Part shown: positions 9,814-19,892 of the stretch, in pieces | Layout: each line of letters opens with the position of its first letter | How positions within the stretch are numbered: position 1 is the first letter of the stretch | The notes under the pieces: model-generated | What the model was told of the DNA's origin: nothing | Database searches by the model: none | Seen by the model: only the letters and a program-made list of their open reading frames with translations | Translations under genes and position numbers: made by a program | Assembly (NCBI GenBank): GCA_050295955.1 | Contig: JBNKQQ010000083.1 | Span: 10,219 to 74,218, forward strand | DNA from: Thiohalomonadales bacterium | Lineage (GTDB): Bacteria; Pseudomonadota; Gammaproteobacteria; RBG-16-57-12 | Reading direction: 5' to 3' | Length of the DNA: 64,000 nt

Positions 9814-10544
9814 TATTGTACTACCTCTGGTTGTTGGGCCTGCATGCGGGCAGAGGCATCGGCCAGTGATTGACGGGTTAACCCTAATTTATCTAATACC
9901 AGGTCATAATGATCTGGGCGAATAAACTGCAACATTGCTTCCCCGCTTTGGTCGATGATGGCATCCAGTCCTAGCTCTGGATAAAGGAAATGCAGGATCT
10001 CATCCTGAGGGTGGACTAGGATTGGGTTGCCAAATTTGTTGGTAATATCCTCGGGAGAGAGGCGAATGCGGGGGATGGCGGTGATGGTGAGTAGTGCCAT
10101 GCCGTCAATCATTGATTGATGTTCATCTGCAACTTCCAGCTTGATATTGCCGGAAGGGAAGGCAATCGGCTTGTGTGCCTTTTCGCGAATGGCTTTTAGC
10201 TGTTCGTCACTGGCTTCCAGTCCCATCAACATCTTACTGTTATTGGGCATGTTGCCGATAAAAGCTTCGATGTTATGTTCAGGTGGAAGCTCGTTACCCT
10301 TTTCATCTTTTTCTGGCGGCATGATAAACAGCGCACGCTGGGAGCGGCTAGCGAGGATCTTTTCCGCCTCTTTCAGCGTGGTTTCGCCGAGTTTGATACC
10401 GCCAAACAGCAGTAAGTTGCCATCTTCCACTTTGGTGATTTGGGTGGCTTGGGCAAAGTGTTCGCTGGACTCTTCGGAGGGCCAGAAAGTCCAGGCCAGC
10501 AGAATGGCAAGAGTGAGATATAGCAGCTTGATTTGGGTACTCAT
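9813..10544 (-). CDS. Periplasmic or membrane-anchored hypothetical protein, translationally coupled to the downstream UreH-like gene
   Basis: Signal-anchor N-terminus. Its stop overlaps the start of the 9007-9813 gene (ATGA). Confidence 0.5.
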   Translation of the reverse strand: MSTQIKLLYLTLAILLAWTFWPSEESSEHFAQATQITKVEDGNLLLFGGIKLGETTLKEAEKILASRSQRALFIMPPEKDEKGNELPPEHNIEAFIGNMPNNSKMLMGLEASDEQLKAIREKAHKPIAFPSGNIKLEVADEHQSMIDGMALLTITAIPRIRLSPEDITNKFGNPILVHPQDEILHFLYPELGLDAIIDQSGEAMLQFIRPDHYDLVLDKLGLTRQSLADASARMQAQQPEVVQ

Positions 10545-10683
10545 AAGTTAACTTCTTTACTATTTGGCTATTCAGTTCACCCTATTGTACCTTAAGGAGT
10601 AGTGGAACGGACCACCAATCCACAAACCGCCTGGAGTATACCGGGATTTGTTGGGGAAATGAGTGTGACAAATTGTCGCAGAG

Positions 10684-11082
10684 GTGTTGGAGGCTATGCA
10701 TTTTCACTATCACAAAGCGCTACTCTTTCTGTTGTTGCTGGCTGAACTGTGGATGGCGTTCAATGCCGATGTGGAGCTACGTTATAACCTTCACCTGATC
10801 ATGGGTACAGTCTACTTTGGTGTTTCTTTCTGGTTTATCTTTGGTGAGCGGCAGTGGTGGCCTTATCTATTTGCCGGGGCTGCTTATGTCGCTTACATCA
10901 TTGTTTATCGAATACTGCTGGTGTTTGAGGTGCCCTTTGAAAGGGATCTTTACCATTTGGGCTTGGCGTTGCTGTGGGGCGGTGTGTTGGCGATCCATCT
11001 GTTTGTTGAGCGGGCTTTTGGGCCACCAATGGCCCGTCCTCCTAAAGACCGTAATAAGCGCTATTTCCCTGATGATGACTAG
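10684..11082 (+). CDS. Small integral membrane protein, hypothetical
   Basis: 132 aa with about 4 hydrophobic helices. Confidence 0.45.
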   Translation: MLEAMHFHYHKALLFLLLLAELWMAFNADVELRYNLHLIMGTVYFGVSFWFIFGERQWWPYLFAGAAYVAYIIVYRILLVFEVPFERDLYHLGLALLWGGVLAIHLFVERAFGPPMARPPKDRNKRYFPDDD

Positions 11083-11162
11083 CCATGAATTCACGGGCTG
11101 TTTGTGCGTATCGCACATTTAGTCTATTATTTGTGTAATGGTCACAAATTGAGGGTTGGCTG

Positions 11163-11534
11163 ATGTCAGCATTGGCGCAGCATACACCACTGCCTGAGGC
11201 GGTATTGGCGAAGGCAGTTTTAAAGGCGGCAGCACAGTTGGGCTTGAAGCAGGCTGAACTGGCTTCGGTATTGGGGATGCATCGTACCGCAATCAGTCGC
11301 TTGAAGAGTCATCCTACCCTGGATCCACAATCCAAGCAGGGGGAATTGGCGCTGCTACTGATCCGTATTGCCAGAGCACTATTTGCTTTGACGGGGGGGG
11401 ATAACGACTGGATCAAACATTTTATGCACACGCCTAATAAGGTCACTGGTGGTGTTCCAGCTGAGCAAATTACTAGTATTCAGGGGCTGATGCGGGTGCT
11501 GCAGTTTGTGGATGGGGTACGGGGCAAAGTGTAG
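11163..11534 (+). CDS. Xre-like antitoxin (MbcA/ParS family, DUF2384) of a RES toxin-antitoxin pair
   Basis: 123 aa. An HTH-like segment ELASVLGMHRTAISRLK. The C-terminal domain is typical of RES-partner antitoxins. Its stop overlaps the RES gene start. Confidence 0.65.
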   Translation: MSALAQHTPLPEAVLAKAVLKAAAQLGLKQAELASVLGMHRTAISRLKSHPTLDPQSKQGELALLLIRIARALFALTGGDNDWIKHFMHTPNKVTGGVPAEQITSIQGLMRVLQFVDGVRGKV

Positions 11535-12280
11535 TGATTTGGGAGAATTGCCAGGGAGAGCAGTATATTGGGCCCTTATCCGGTACACTTTATCGCTTGG
11601 TAGAGAGTCAGGAGCAGGTGGCTACCTTGGGTTATGTGGAGACCCTTGAGGAGCAGGCTTTGCTGGAAGAGCTTTTGGAAGGAGTGAAGCCTTCCTATCC
11701 CGAGCAGAGCGATGATCTTCATTACCTATTGAAAACACCGTTTCGTTACCCTCCATTGGCATGGGGATCGCGTTTTGGTAAAACCCATGAGCCAAGTCTC
11801 TTCTATGGTGGTTGCCATATTGACACTACCCTTGCTGAATCCGCCTATTATCGCTTTGTCTTTTGGTATTCAATGACAGAGAAACCGCCAAAACCCTCTA
11901 TTCGTAGCGAGCATACCCTTTTTTCGGTGGACTATCGCAGTCAGCGTGGCATCAGGCTGCAGCACCCTCCCTTTAATCAATATCACACACAACTTACTCA
12001 CCCGATAACGTATGCCATTACCCAACAACTTGGCGGGGCGATGCGTGAAGCCAAGGTTGAGGTCTTTGAATATGCTTCGGCCAGAGATCCTAAGCAGGGG
12101 CATTGTGTGGCTTTATTTGCACCCAGCGCGTTTCGTCAGAAACGTCCCAAGCAGATGAGCCAGTGGTTGTGTGAGCTAAGTGATTCAGAGGTTTCATTTA
12201 AGCAGTTGGCTTATAACGAAATTACCCACTTTCATCTGGAGCAGTTTCTCTATGAGGGGGAGTTACCAATGCCGGCATAA
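11534..12280 (+). CDS. RES-domain toxin (MbcT/ParT-like NAD+-targeting toxin)
   Basis: YRL...GSRFGKTHEPSLFYGGCHIDTTLAESAYY matches the R-E-S signature region. Coupled to the upstream DUF2384 antitoxin. GTG start. Confidence 0.65.
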   Translation: MIWENCQGEQYIGPLSGTLYRLVESQEQVATLGYVETLEEQALLEELLEGVKPSYPEQSDDLHYLLKTPFRYPPLAWGSRFGKTHEPSLFYGGCHIDTTLAESAYYRFVFWYSMTEKPPKPSIRSEHTLFSVDYRSQRGIRLQHPPFNQYHTQLTHPITYAITQQLGGAMREAKVEVFEYASARDPKQGHCVALFAPSAFRQKRPKQMSQWLCELSDSEVSFKQLAYNEITHFHLEQFLYEGELPMPA

Positions 12281-12364
12281 GGCAATATCCTTTCTGTCTA
12301 TGTGGACAATATTTTACCTCTCTTGTATGGTTGGCTGTTTTAGATTAAGTCAAATGAGAGATCG

Positions 12365-12667
12365 ATGGAAAACCTATCTGAATATCAATGTCGTCATTTC
12401 ACCAGTTATAGCGGTATCGCTTTACCCCTAAAACTGGTTAATGAATTGGATGAGGCTAGCCGTGATAACCGTAATACCTATTTCCGGGGTTATTACGATG
12501 ATGGTGGGCGGCTACACCTGTGTGAGAAGGTCGTGTATGGGGAGATTGAGCTGACCCATCGCTATGAATATGATGAGAATGGCGTGTTACGCAGCGCCGA
12601 AATTACCGATGTAGATGAAGAGCCAAAACGGATTCAATTTGATTGCAACGGTCGACCACAGCGTTAA
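12365..12667 (+). CDS. Hypothetical protein (100 aa)
   Basis: ORF only. Acidic, no motif. Confidence 0.35.
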   Translation: MENLSEYQCRHFTSYSGIALPLKLVNELDEASRDNRNTYFRGYYDDGGRLHLCEKVVYGEIELTHRYEYDENGVLRSAEITDVDEEPKRIQFDCNGRPQR

Positions 12668-12690
12668 AACCGTCAGTAAAAGGAGCTGCG

Positions 12691-13596
12691 ATGTCGAATT
12701 TTTCATTGACCCAACAACAGATTCACCATTTTGATGAACTGGGTTATACCGCGTTAAAAGGTGGCATATCGGTATCGCTGTTGCAGCGCTTGCGGGATGT
12801 AGCGGAAACATTGGAGCAGCGCGCCTCTTTGGATTATGCGAGAGGAAATGGGGCGGCGCTCCCAGGCTGTGCATTTGCCCCTACATCTACCGGATATGAG
12901 TTGATGCGCATAAATGATATTTATGCGCTGGCACCGGATGTAATTCTCGATATATTGGCATCTCCCTCTGTGATGGCGCTTTTCCGACAACTGGGGGGGC
13001 GTTTTGCGGTACCGCTTCAGGTGGATCTGTTGTTTAAGCGGCAGGCTCCACATCCCCCGGTTCTTTGGCATCAGGATGCGCCGGTTCCTCGTGAACACCC
13101 CTACTTCAATGTGGGTATCTATCTGGATGAAGCGGCAGAAGGAGATGGCTGTGTCCGTTATGTGCCGGGTAGTCAGCATGTCTTACAGGATATCGCTCCT
13201 CTGGCCAAAGAGCATGGCTGGGAAATCCCAGGTGTGAAAGAAGCATCTGCACAGCCAGGGGATATTCTGATTCACGATATGATGGTGCTGCATGGTTCGC
13301 CTGTAAAATGCCATCCAGGTGTGCGAAGAACACTTTATGTGGAGATTCGTGCTGTCGATGGGATTCTGGAGAGTGGCTCCCACTCACCGGAATGGGTGGC
13401 ACTACGTCGTCGTTTCATGGGATTAGTGTTGCGTCGAGCAGACCCGGCTTTATGGCCTCAAGCATGGCAGGATGAGATTCCTGGTGACCTGGTCAGCGAT
13501 GAGGAGGAGCTGGCGAAGATCGTGGCACAGCGCGAGCCACCTCTGCCTGCTAACTATGCGAGTGAGCAAGTAACGGTGGCCGGTTATCCTGTGTAG
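12691..13596 (+). CDS. Phytanoyl-CoA dioxygenase (PhyH) family Fe(II)/2-oxoglutarate oxygenase
   Basis: WHQDAP ... LHGS motif pattern of PhyH. RBS AAAGGAG before the ATG at 12691. The track start at 12643 is likely too far upstream. Confidence 0.65.
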   Translation: MSNFSLTQQQIHHFDELGYTALKGGISVSLLQRLRDVAETLEQRASLDYARGNGAALPGCAFAPTSTGYELMRINDIYALAPDVILDILASPSVMALFRQLGGRFAVPLQVDLLFKRQAPHPPVLWHQDAPVPREHPYFNVGIYLDEAAEGDGCVRYVPGSQHVLQDIAPLAKEHGWEIPGVKEASAQPGDILIHDMMVLHGSPVKCHPGVRRTLYVEIRAVDGILESGSHSPEWVALRRRFMGLVLRRADPALWPQAWQDEIPGDLVSDEEELAKIVAQREPPLPANYASEQVTVAGYPV

Positions 13597-13778
13597 TTAT
13601 GGTGTTTGATGACGGCTGGTCAAATTAAATTCATTTTTTTCTAAAGGATTTTGTGAAAGGTGCGCTACCTTCCTTGCTCTCATGTTGTGAAGTCTCAAGG
13701 AGAGGCAGAAGACCATTTGCATTAAGCAGTGGGCTTATTTTCTGAATACAACATTTTTGGTAACAAGGAGATACGACT

Positions 13779-14195
13779 ATGGAAAATGTAGCAGCTCAAA
13801 CTCCCGCATCACCCGTTCCATCAGAAGCCACTTTTACCCTGACTCTGTCACGTCTGATTCAAGGCGCAGAGCCAGTGATTGCCAATGCGCACTGTGTGTT
13901 TAGCTATCACTGGGACTTTTCCACCAACATGGGCGAGGCCAAGTTGGTCTCTATTAACAATTGTGAGCAGGATATCGTACTGCATCCACTCGGTATTTCC
14001 GGCGCGCTGGACTTTATGTCTGACATGGAGCCTCAACATGTGGTGATCAACGGCCAACGTGTGGTGCTATATCGCGTGATTTTGGATATTGATCTGGAAA
14101 GTGGCGAGCGTTCTGCAGCAATCATGTTTAATGAGGATGGCTCGGTAATCCAAGGCACTGAAAACTTTGGTCGTACCGACACACTGACCGCGTAG
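13779..14195 (+). CDS. Hypothetical protein (138 aa)
   Basis: ORF with RBS-like AAGGAG upstream. No motif. Confidence 0.4.
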   Translation: MENVAAQTPASPVPSEATFTLTLSRLIQGAEPVIANAHCVFSYHWDFSTNMGEAKLVSINNCEQDIVLHPLGISGALDFMSDMEPQHVVINGQRVVLYRVILDIDLESGERSAAIMFNEDGSVIQGTENFGRTDTLTA

Positions 14196-14205
14196 CTTTC
14201 ACTAA

Positions 14206-14243
14206 GGAGGATCGATCACTGTGCGTGGTCGATCCTCAGTGAC
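14206..14243. terminator. Hairpin between convergent genes (probable bidirectional terminator)
   Basis: ggaggatcgatcact ... agtgatcgatcctc inverted repeat. Weak T-run. Confidence 0.4.
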
Positions 14244-14248
14244 CAATC

Positions 14249-15916
14249 TTATTCTACTTTTGCTTCCCCAATGCCTCGGCGATCGCTGGCGGCAGTGACA
14301 ATACCCCTCTCTTTATTCCATAGCACTGCGTGCATTCCGCCGTAAGGGGAGTCCAACTCTTTTAATTTGTGTCCCATTGACTGCAGTTGCTGACTTACCC
14401 CCTCTGAAAATGCTTCTGGCTCATGCTGAATGAGGTCCGGCAGGTACTGGTGATGAAAGCGTGGTAGGTCTACCCAACGTTCAGCCCCTTCGCCTTTGGC
14501 AAACTCCAGGGTCGCTAGCAATAGCATGGTGATGATGCGACTACCGCCAGGAGTGCCAAGGATCGCGACACGCTCATCATTTTCCAAAAAAGTGGGGGTC
14601 ATGCTGGAGAGGGGGCGCTTGCCTGCTTTGATGGCATTTGCCTCTGCACCCACCAGCCCATAGGCATTGGGGGTGCCGGGTTTGCTGGAGAAGTCGTCCA
14701 TCTCATCATTCAGTAAGACGCCGGTGCCGGGGGCAACGAAGCCGGAGCCGAACGGGTAGTTGATACTCATAGTGGCAGCAACACGATTACCCTCTTTGTC
14801 CAGAATGGAGAAGTGGGTGGTATCTTGACCTTTAGGGGTACTGTCTACAATACCTGGGAGTAGATTGCTGGGAGTGGCTTTATTAGGATGGATAGAGGCC
14901 CTGAGTCCAGCGGCATACTGCTTGTCGGTAAGCCTTGCGAGGGGAATTGCTACGAAGTCGCTATCTCCCAGATACTGAGCTCGATCCCGGTAGGCCCGGC
15001 GCATCGCTTCAACAATTAAATGGATACGCAGGGCCTCACTCAACTGGTCGAGCTCATACCCTTCCAGAATATTCAGCATGGTGGTCAAAACAATACCGCC
15101 GGAGGAGGGGGGCGCTGCGGTAGTGATGGCGATATCGTGGTAGCGGGCACGAATCGGCTCCCGCTCTAATAGTTTATAGTTGCGAAGATCCTGATGAGTC
15201 CAGATGCCTCCTGCCTGCTGTACCCCCTGAATAAGTTTGTCTGCAATTGTCCCTTCATAGAAGCCCTTTGCCCCCTTTTCTGCAATAACTTTGAGCGTAT
15301 TGGCCAAGTCGGGCTGCTTAATAAAATAACCAACTGGAGGAACATTGCCATCATCAAGAAAAATTTGCGCTGCTGCAGGTGAGGCTTGTAGTGCTTTCAG
15401 GCGAAAACCTGCCATCCGTTGGTAGAGTTCATCCACTGCGAATCCCTGTTCTGCATAGCGAATGGCGGGTGCCAGAGAGTGGGTGAGGGGAAGCTTGCCA
15501 TAGTGAGAGGCCAGATGCTCTATTGCTGCTGGGGTGCCGGGAATACCTGCGGCTAATGGGCCATCCATAGAGGCACCGGCAATCACATTGCCCTTCTGGT
15601 CCAAATACATGTCTCGATGGGCTTTGCCTGGTGCCATTTCTCGGCCATCGATCATGGTCTGGCGCTGATTTTTCTCATCGTGTATCAGCCAGAAACCACC
15701 ACCACCTAGGCCTGAACCGGTAGGCTCCACAACGGCTAAGGCGGCAGTGACGGCGATTGCTGCATCAAAAGCATTACCGCCTTGTTGGAGAATCTCCATA
15801 CCTGCTTGTGTTGCCAGAGGATGGGCAGAGGCAACACTATTTTGCGGAGGTGTCTCAGTGGCAAGGGTAAAGGCACTATGGAGAAGTAGGGCAGTGGTAA
15901 TGATGAGGCGATACAT
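14249..15916 (-). CDS. ggt: Gamma-glutamyltranspeptidase
   Basis: 555 aa with signal peptide. Thr nucleophile context TTHFS. GGGGF motif. Confidence 0.85.
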   Translation of the reverse strand: MYRLIITTALLLHSAFTLATETPPQNSVASAHPLATQAGMEILQQGGNAFDAAIAVTAALAVVEPTGSGLGGGGFWLIHDEKNQRQTMIDGREMAPGKAHRDMYLDQKGNVIAGASMDGPLAAGIPGTPAAIEHLASHYGKLPLTHSLAPAIRYAEQGFAVDELYQRMAGFRLKALQASPAAAQIFLDDGNVPPVGYFIKQPDLANTLKVIAEKGAKGFYEGTIADKLIQGVQQAGGIWTHQDLRNYKLLEREPIRARYHDIAITTAAPPSSGGIVLTTMLNILEGYELDQLSEALRIHLIVEAMRRAYRDRAQYLGDSDFVAIPLARLTDKQYAAGLRASIHPNKATPSNLLPGIVDSTPKGQDTTHFSILDKEGNRVAATMSINYPFGSGFVAPGTGVLLNDEMDDFSSKPGTPNAYGLVGAEANAIKAGKRPLSSMTPTFLENDERVAILGTPGGSRIITMLLLATLEFAKGEGAERWVDLPRFHHQYLPDLIQHEPEAFSEGVSQQLQSMGHKLKELDSPYGGMHAVLWNKERGIVTAASDRRGIGEAKVE

Positions 15917-15997
15917 AGGGATTCCTTTTTACAATACTTGCTCGATGGTAACCAATTTTGGAGGGCCTCGGAACCATTGTGATGAATTATTCAGAGT

Positions 15998-16378
15998 GTG
16001 TGTTTTTTCACAGAAATTGTACAAATTTTGGGCTATTTTCTCGTTATTGGGAAACTGGAGACAAGAAGGGCGATGGCGAGACAGTTCTGTTTTTTGTTGG
16101 GCGATGAGGGAGGGGCTGCCGAGATGGTTGCTTTTGAGGTTCTGCGATGGTGGGAAGAGGAGCGCCCAGATGCCATGTACAATGAGTTGTCAGAGTGGTG
16201 GGTGTATAACCGAGGGACTCGTACCGATGAGGAATTTGCCCGCTTGCTAGGGCAGATTATTCGCCAGGATAACCTGATGGATAATGATAGTTCCGCTGAA
16301 TTGAATCAATTATTGGCCTCTACCACTTTGCAGCAATCTGTCGAGCGAACTTTGTTTAAGAGAAGTGCCGTGGCTTAG
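15998..16378 (+). CDS. Hypothetical protein
   Basis: ORF only. The true start may be internal (MARQF...). Confidence 0.3.
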   Translation: MCFFTEIVQILGYFLVIGKLETRRAMARQFCFLLGDEGGAAEMVAFEVLRWWEEERPDAMYNELSEWWVYNRGTRTDEEFARLLGQIIRQDNLMDNDSSAELNQLLASTTLQQSVERTLFKRSAVA

Positions 16379-16496
16379 TGTTATATCCCATGACTGATTT
16401 TCAATGAGCCCAGATTGATATCTGGGTTTTTTATTGGCTAAATTAATGATTGCACTCTATATTTCATCAGATGAAGAGGATTTTCAGGAGCATGGA

Positions 16497-17732
16497 ATGA
16501 AGCGTAAGGTTGACTGTTCAGACCTACAGATTGGCATGTATGTTGAAGAACTGGATCGCCCTTGGGTGGAGACTCACTTTCTGTTTCAAGGATTTAAGAT
16601 TGCCGATCTTAAGGATATCGAGTCTCTGAGCCAACTTTGCAAATATGTCTATATCGATACTGAACAGAGCGATATGACTAGCGACTCTTCATCGGTGTCT
16701 TCTGAGAATAATGTTTCACAGGCTCTTCATGCTCTACATGAGGGAGCAGAAGCGCAAGATCTCAATATCTCTGTTGTGGAAGAAGAGATTCACCATGCCA
16801 AAGCGATCCACTCGGTTGCGGCGAGTGCTTTGAAGCTGATGATGAGTGATTTACGCCTTGGGGTGAAGGTGAATGTCGAGACGGTAAAGTCTGCCGTCGA
16901 TGCATTGGTGAGTAGCATCGAACGTAACCCTGATGCGCTGATGCTATTGGGGAGATTGGAACAGAAGCATAATGATGCGGTTTCCCACTCTCTGGGTTGT
17001 GCCATTTTAGCACTGAATTTTGGTCGCTACATTGGCATTACAGGCGAGAGTCTAAAGATATTGGGCTTGGCAGCCCTTCTACACGATGTGGGTGAAACCA
17101 AGGTGCCGGATGAGGTGCTGAAACGCTCTAACCATAAAACCCGTAAAGAGGTATTGGAGTTTCATCGCCACCCGGAATATGGCAAAGAGATCCTCAGTCA
17201 GGTGGCGGGGATTTCCAAGGCGGTAGTGGATGTAGCATGGTGTCACCATGAGCGGGTGGACGGGAAAGGTTATCCTCGCCATCTGAAAGGGGATGAGATC
17301 CCGTTGTTTGCTCGTATGGTCTCCGTGGTGGACTTTTATGAGTGGCTTACCAGCGGCAGTGCTGGCCGGACACTTTCCAGTAGTGAAGCGGTGCGTTTTA
17401 TCTATCTTCACCGTAATGAGATATTTGATCCCAAATGTACTGAACAGTTTATCCAGTGTTTGGGAATCTATCCGGTCGGGAGTTTGGTGGAGTTGGCGAG
17501 TGGCTGTGTGGGGATTGTGGTGGGGATCTCGCCAGAAGCACGCCTTTATCCCCGTTTGATGCTGGTGATGGATGAAGATAAGCAGTACCTGCATCCGCCT
17601 CGCCTGATTAATCTGGCTCATTTCCAAGATAAAGCCAATGCCGCCGCACTACATATTGATAAGGTTCTGCCAGGGGATGCCTATGGCATCAATCTGCATG
17701 AATTTGTTCAGCGGGAGTTGGGAGCGGCTTAA
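16497..17732 (+). CDS. HD-GYP domain c-di-GMP phosphodiesterase with N-terminal DUF3391-like domain
   Basis: LLHDVGETKVP (HD) and HPEYG ... GKGYP (GYP) motifs. AGGAG RBS before the ATG at 16497. Confidence 0.75.
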   Translation: MKRKVDCSDLQIGMYVEELDRPWVETHFLFQGFKIADLKDIESLSQLCKYVYIDTEQSDMTSDSSSVSSENNVSQALHALHEGAEAQDLNISVVEEEIHHAKAIHSVAASALKLMMSDLRLGVKVNVETVKSAVDALVSSIERNPDALMLLGRLEQKHNDAVSHSLGCAILALNFGRYIGITGESLKILGLAALLHDVGETKVPDEVLKRSNHKTRKEVLEFHRHPEYGKEILSQVAGISKAVVDVAWCHHERVDGKGYPRHLKGDEIPLFARMVSVVDFYEWLTSGSAGRTLSSSEAVRFIYLHRNEIFDPKCTEQFIQCLGIYPVGSLVELASGCVGIVVGISPEARLYPRLMLVMDEDKQYLHPPRLINLAHFQDKANAAALHIDKVLPGDAYGINLHEFVQRELGAA

Positions 17733-17741
17733 TTTCTTTTC

Positions 17742-18161
17742 TTAGTATGTTCGCCTGGGGGCGTTCTCCTGACCTTTTTGATAGGCGCTAAACAGGGCGG
17801 CTTTCAGCTTGAGGTGTTGGTCAAGGTCGTCGATTCCCATCTCTTGCTTAGCGATCTCCCGCAGAGCAGACAGCTGTTGTTCCCGATACCAATGCGTAAT
17901 GAATCCATCTTGATCGAATCTACCATCATGCACGTATTCTGCGGCAATTCCTTGGGCATTGCTGAACTGCATTTCATAGGATTCCATGACATCAAATTCA
18001 TAAGAGTAAGTGTCAATGCCGTTCATATCGGCAAGGGCTTTATAGAGATCCGGTATGGAGCCGTTTTTGTGCATGATTTGGTCTAGATCAAATTCACCCG
18101 TGGGGCGGTAGGTCTGACCACGGAAATCAAATACAACACTGGCGGTGATGCTGTTGTTCAT
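17742..18161 (-). CDS. Hypothetical protein (139 aa)
   Basis: ORF only. Confidence 0.4.
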   Translation of the reverse strand: MNNSITASVVFDFRGQTYRPTGEFDLDQIMHKNGSIPDLYKALADMNGIDTYSYEFDVMESYEMQFSNAQGIAAEYVHDGRFDQDGFITHWYREQQLSALREIAKQEMGIDDLDQHLKLKAALFSAYQKGQENAPRRTY

Positions 18162-18209
18162 AATGCTTTTATTCCAAGTCGGTAATATGGCTGAGTATGT
18201 TATTAATGG

Positions 18210-18818
18210 TTAGCGATGACGCCAGACCAGAATGCGATTATTGACGGGCATTTCGATATCTTCATCGAGCTCAAGCCCATTTTTTGCGGCAACCTCTTTT
18301 AGCCACACAATATCCCGAATGCCTCGTGTAATCTCTTTGCTGTGTAGCCATTCATCAAAGCGTTCATTGCTCTCGCTGGTGTGTTTGCCATGATACATAA
18401 AAGGGCCGTATACCATGAATTCACCCTTTGGGGAGAGGTGTTTGGCGATATGTTGAAATAATTTCTCAACGCCTTCCTGGGCAATAATGTGAAGGGTATT
18501 GGCAGTGAAGATGGCATCGAAATGATCTATTGGCCACTGTTCCGCATAAGTGTCCAGTTCCAATGGCGGGAGTAAGTTCGGTAGTTTCGCTTCTTCTAGC
18601 CACATCAGAATACCTTCATGGGTGGCCTTCAGATCACTGGTTTGCCACTGAAGATGGGGCATTGCTTGACCAAAACTGACAGCATGCTGGCCTGTACCAC
18701 TCCCTATCTCCAGGACATTTTTACAGTGGCTCAGACGAGGCTGAATGATATTCAATATCGGCAGAGTGTTTTCATTACAGGATTCCGCGTGGGGTTTTGG
18801 GTTTTGATCATTGCTCAT
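18210..18818 (-). CDS. DUF938-family class I SAM-dependent methyltransferase
   Basis: LEIGSGTGQHAV, ANTLHI, YGPF...GKHTSESNERFD and MPVNNRILVW match the DUF938 family pattern. The track start at 18962 is probably upstream of the true start. Confidence 0.65.
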   Translation of the reverse strand: MSNDQNPKPHAESCNENTLPILNIIQPRLSHCKNVLEIGSGTGQHAVSFGQAMPHLQWQTSDLKATHEGILMWLEEAKLPNLLPPLELDTYAEQWPIDHFDAIFTANTLHIIAQEGVEKLFQHIAKHLSPKGEFMVYGPFMYHGKHTSESNERFDEWLHSKEITRGIRDIVWLKEVAAKNGLELDEDIEMPVNNRILVWRHR

Positions 18819-18984
18819 GGCAGTAAAGACCGTTGTAGGGACGATAATGCTCCATTCTACTGGAGCGATAAAAGGAAAAATAGAGGGGGAAGTGGGGCGT
18901 TTAATCGATGGATTGAATAGACATTCATTGATAATCCTTTTACATTGATTTTGATATATCACGCTAATAATGAAAGGGACTGTA

Positions 18985-19803
18985 ATGCAAGATGAAATCC
19001 AGCGTAAGCAAATGATTCAAAACACTTTTAATACCGTTGCGGATGCCTATGGGCAGGGAGCCAGCCATTTTTTTCACCTCAGTGGTGAGACCATGGCAGA
19101 GCTACTTGAGCTTGAGGGCCATGAATCCATACTGGATGTGGCCTCTGGCACCGGAGCGGCGGCGATTCCTACTGCAAAGCGGCTTACTCAAGGTAGTGTA
19201 ACAGCTGTTGATTTCTCGTCCGGGATGCTGGAGCAGGCGAGTAAGAGTGCTGAAAAGCTAGATCTGCAAAATCTCTCTTTCCACATAGGGGACATGACTC
19301 AGCTACCCTTTGGTAAGGCAGCTTTTGACCATGCGACCTGCGCTTTTGGGCTGTTCTTTGTCGATGACATGGGTGGTACCTTGCAGCACATTTCCAGTAC
19401 CGTTAAACCGGGTGGTAAAGTGATGATCAGCGGATTTTGTGGGGACTCTTTCCAGCCTATGGCTAAGTTATGTCTTGATCGCCTACGCGCATATGGTTTG
19501 GATGTACCGGAACAGATCGGCTGGCAGCGTATGTCTGAGCCTGAGCAGCTTCAGGAGATCTTTGATCAGGCCGGCTTGGAGAATATGCAGATTGATCGGC
19601 GCACCTTTGGTTACCATATTGACCTCGAGGGCTGGTGGGAGGTTGTGTGGAATGCGGGGTTCCGTGGTTTGGTGATGCAACTGGGTGAACAGTTGGAAGA
19701 ATTTAAGCAGGCGCATCTGGAGGAGTTAAAGCCTCTGTGCGATGAGCAGGGGCTTTGGCTGGAAATTGATGTGAATTTTACTCATGGCATAAGAGGTGAA
19801 TAA
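18985..19803 (+). CDS. Class I SAM-dependent methyltransferase (Methyltransf_11-like)
   Basis: ILDVASGTGAAA SAM-binding motif I. D-loop LDLQNLSFHIGD. Divergent from the DUF938 methyltransferase. Confidence 0.65.
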   Translation: MQDEIQRKQMIQNTFNTVADAYGQGASHFFHLSGETMAELLELEGHESILDVASGTGAAAIPTAKRLTQGSVTAVDFSSGMLEQASKSAEKLDLQNLSFHIGDMTQLPFGKAAFDHATCAFGLFFVDDMGGTLQHISSTVKPGGKVMISGFCGDSFQPMAKLCLDRLRAYGLDVPEQIGWQRMSEPEQLQEIFDQAGLENMQIDRRTFGYHIDLEGWWEVVWNAGFRGLVMQLGEQLEEFKQAHLEELKPLCDEQGLWLEIDVNFTHGIRGE

Positions 19804-19824
19804 CCTCTTCTTACATTAAATAAT

Positions 19825-19892
19825 AGCCATTTTAGGAGGCATGACTTAACAGGGAAAGGAGACACACTGTTAAGTCAAATGGCTCTTTTTTC
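19825..19892 (+). terminator. Rho-independent terminator (nested hairpin plus T-run)
   Basis: agccattt...gacttaacag-loop-ctgttaagtc...aaatggct followed by ctttttt. Confidence 0.65.

Noticed and set aside
17079-17627. 182-aa minus-strand ORF
   Set aside because: Antisense inside the HD-GYP gene, which has clear HD and GYP motifs.
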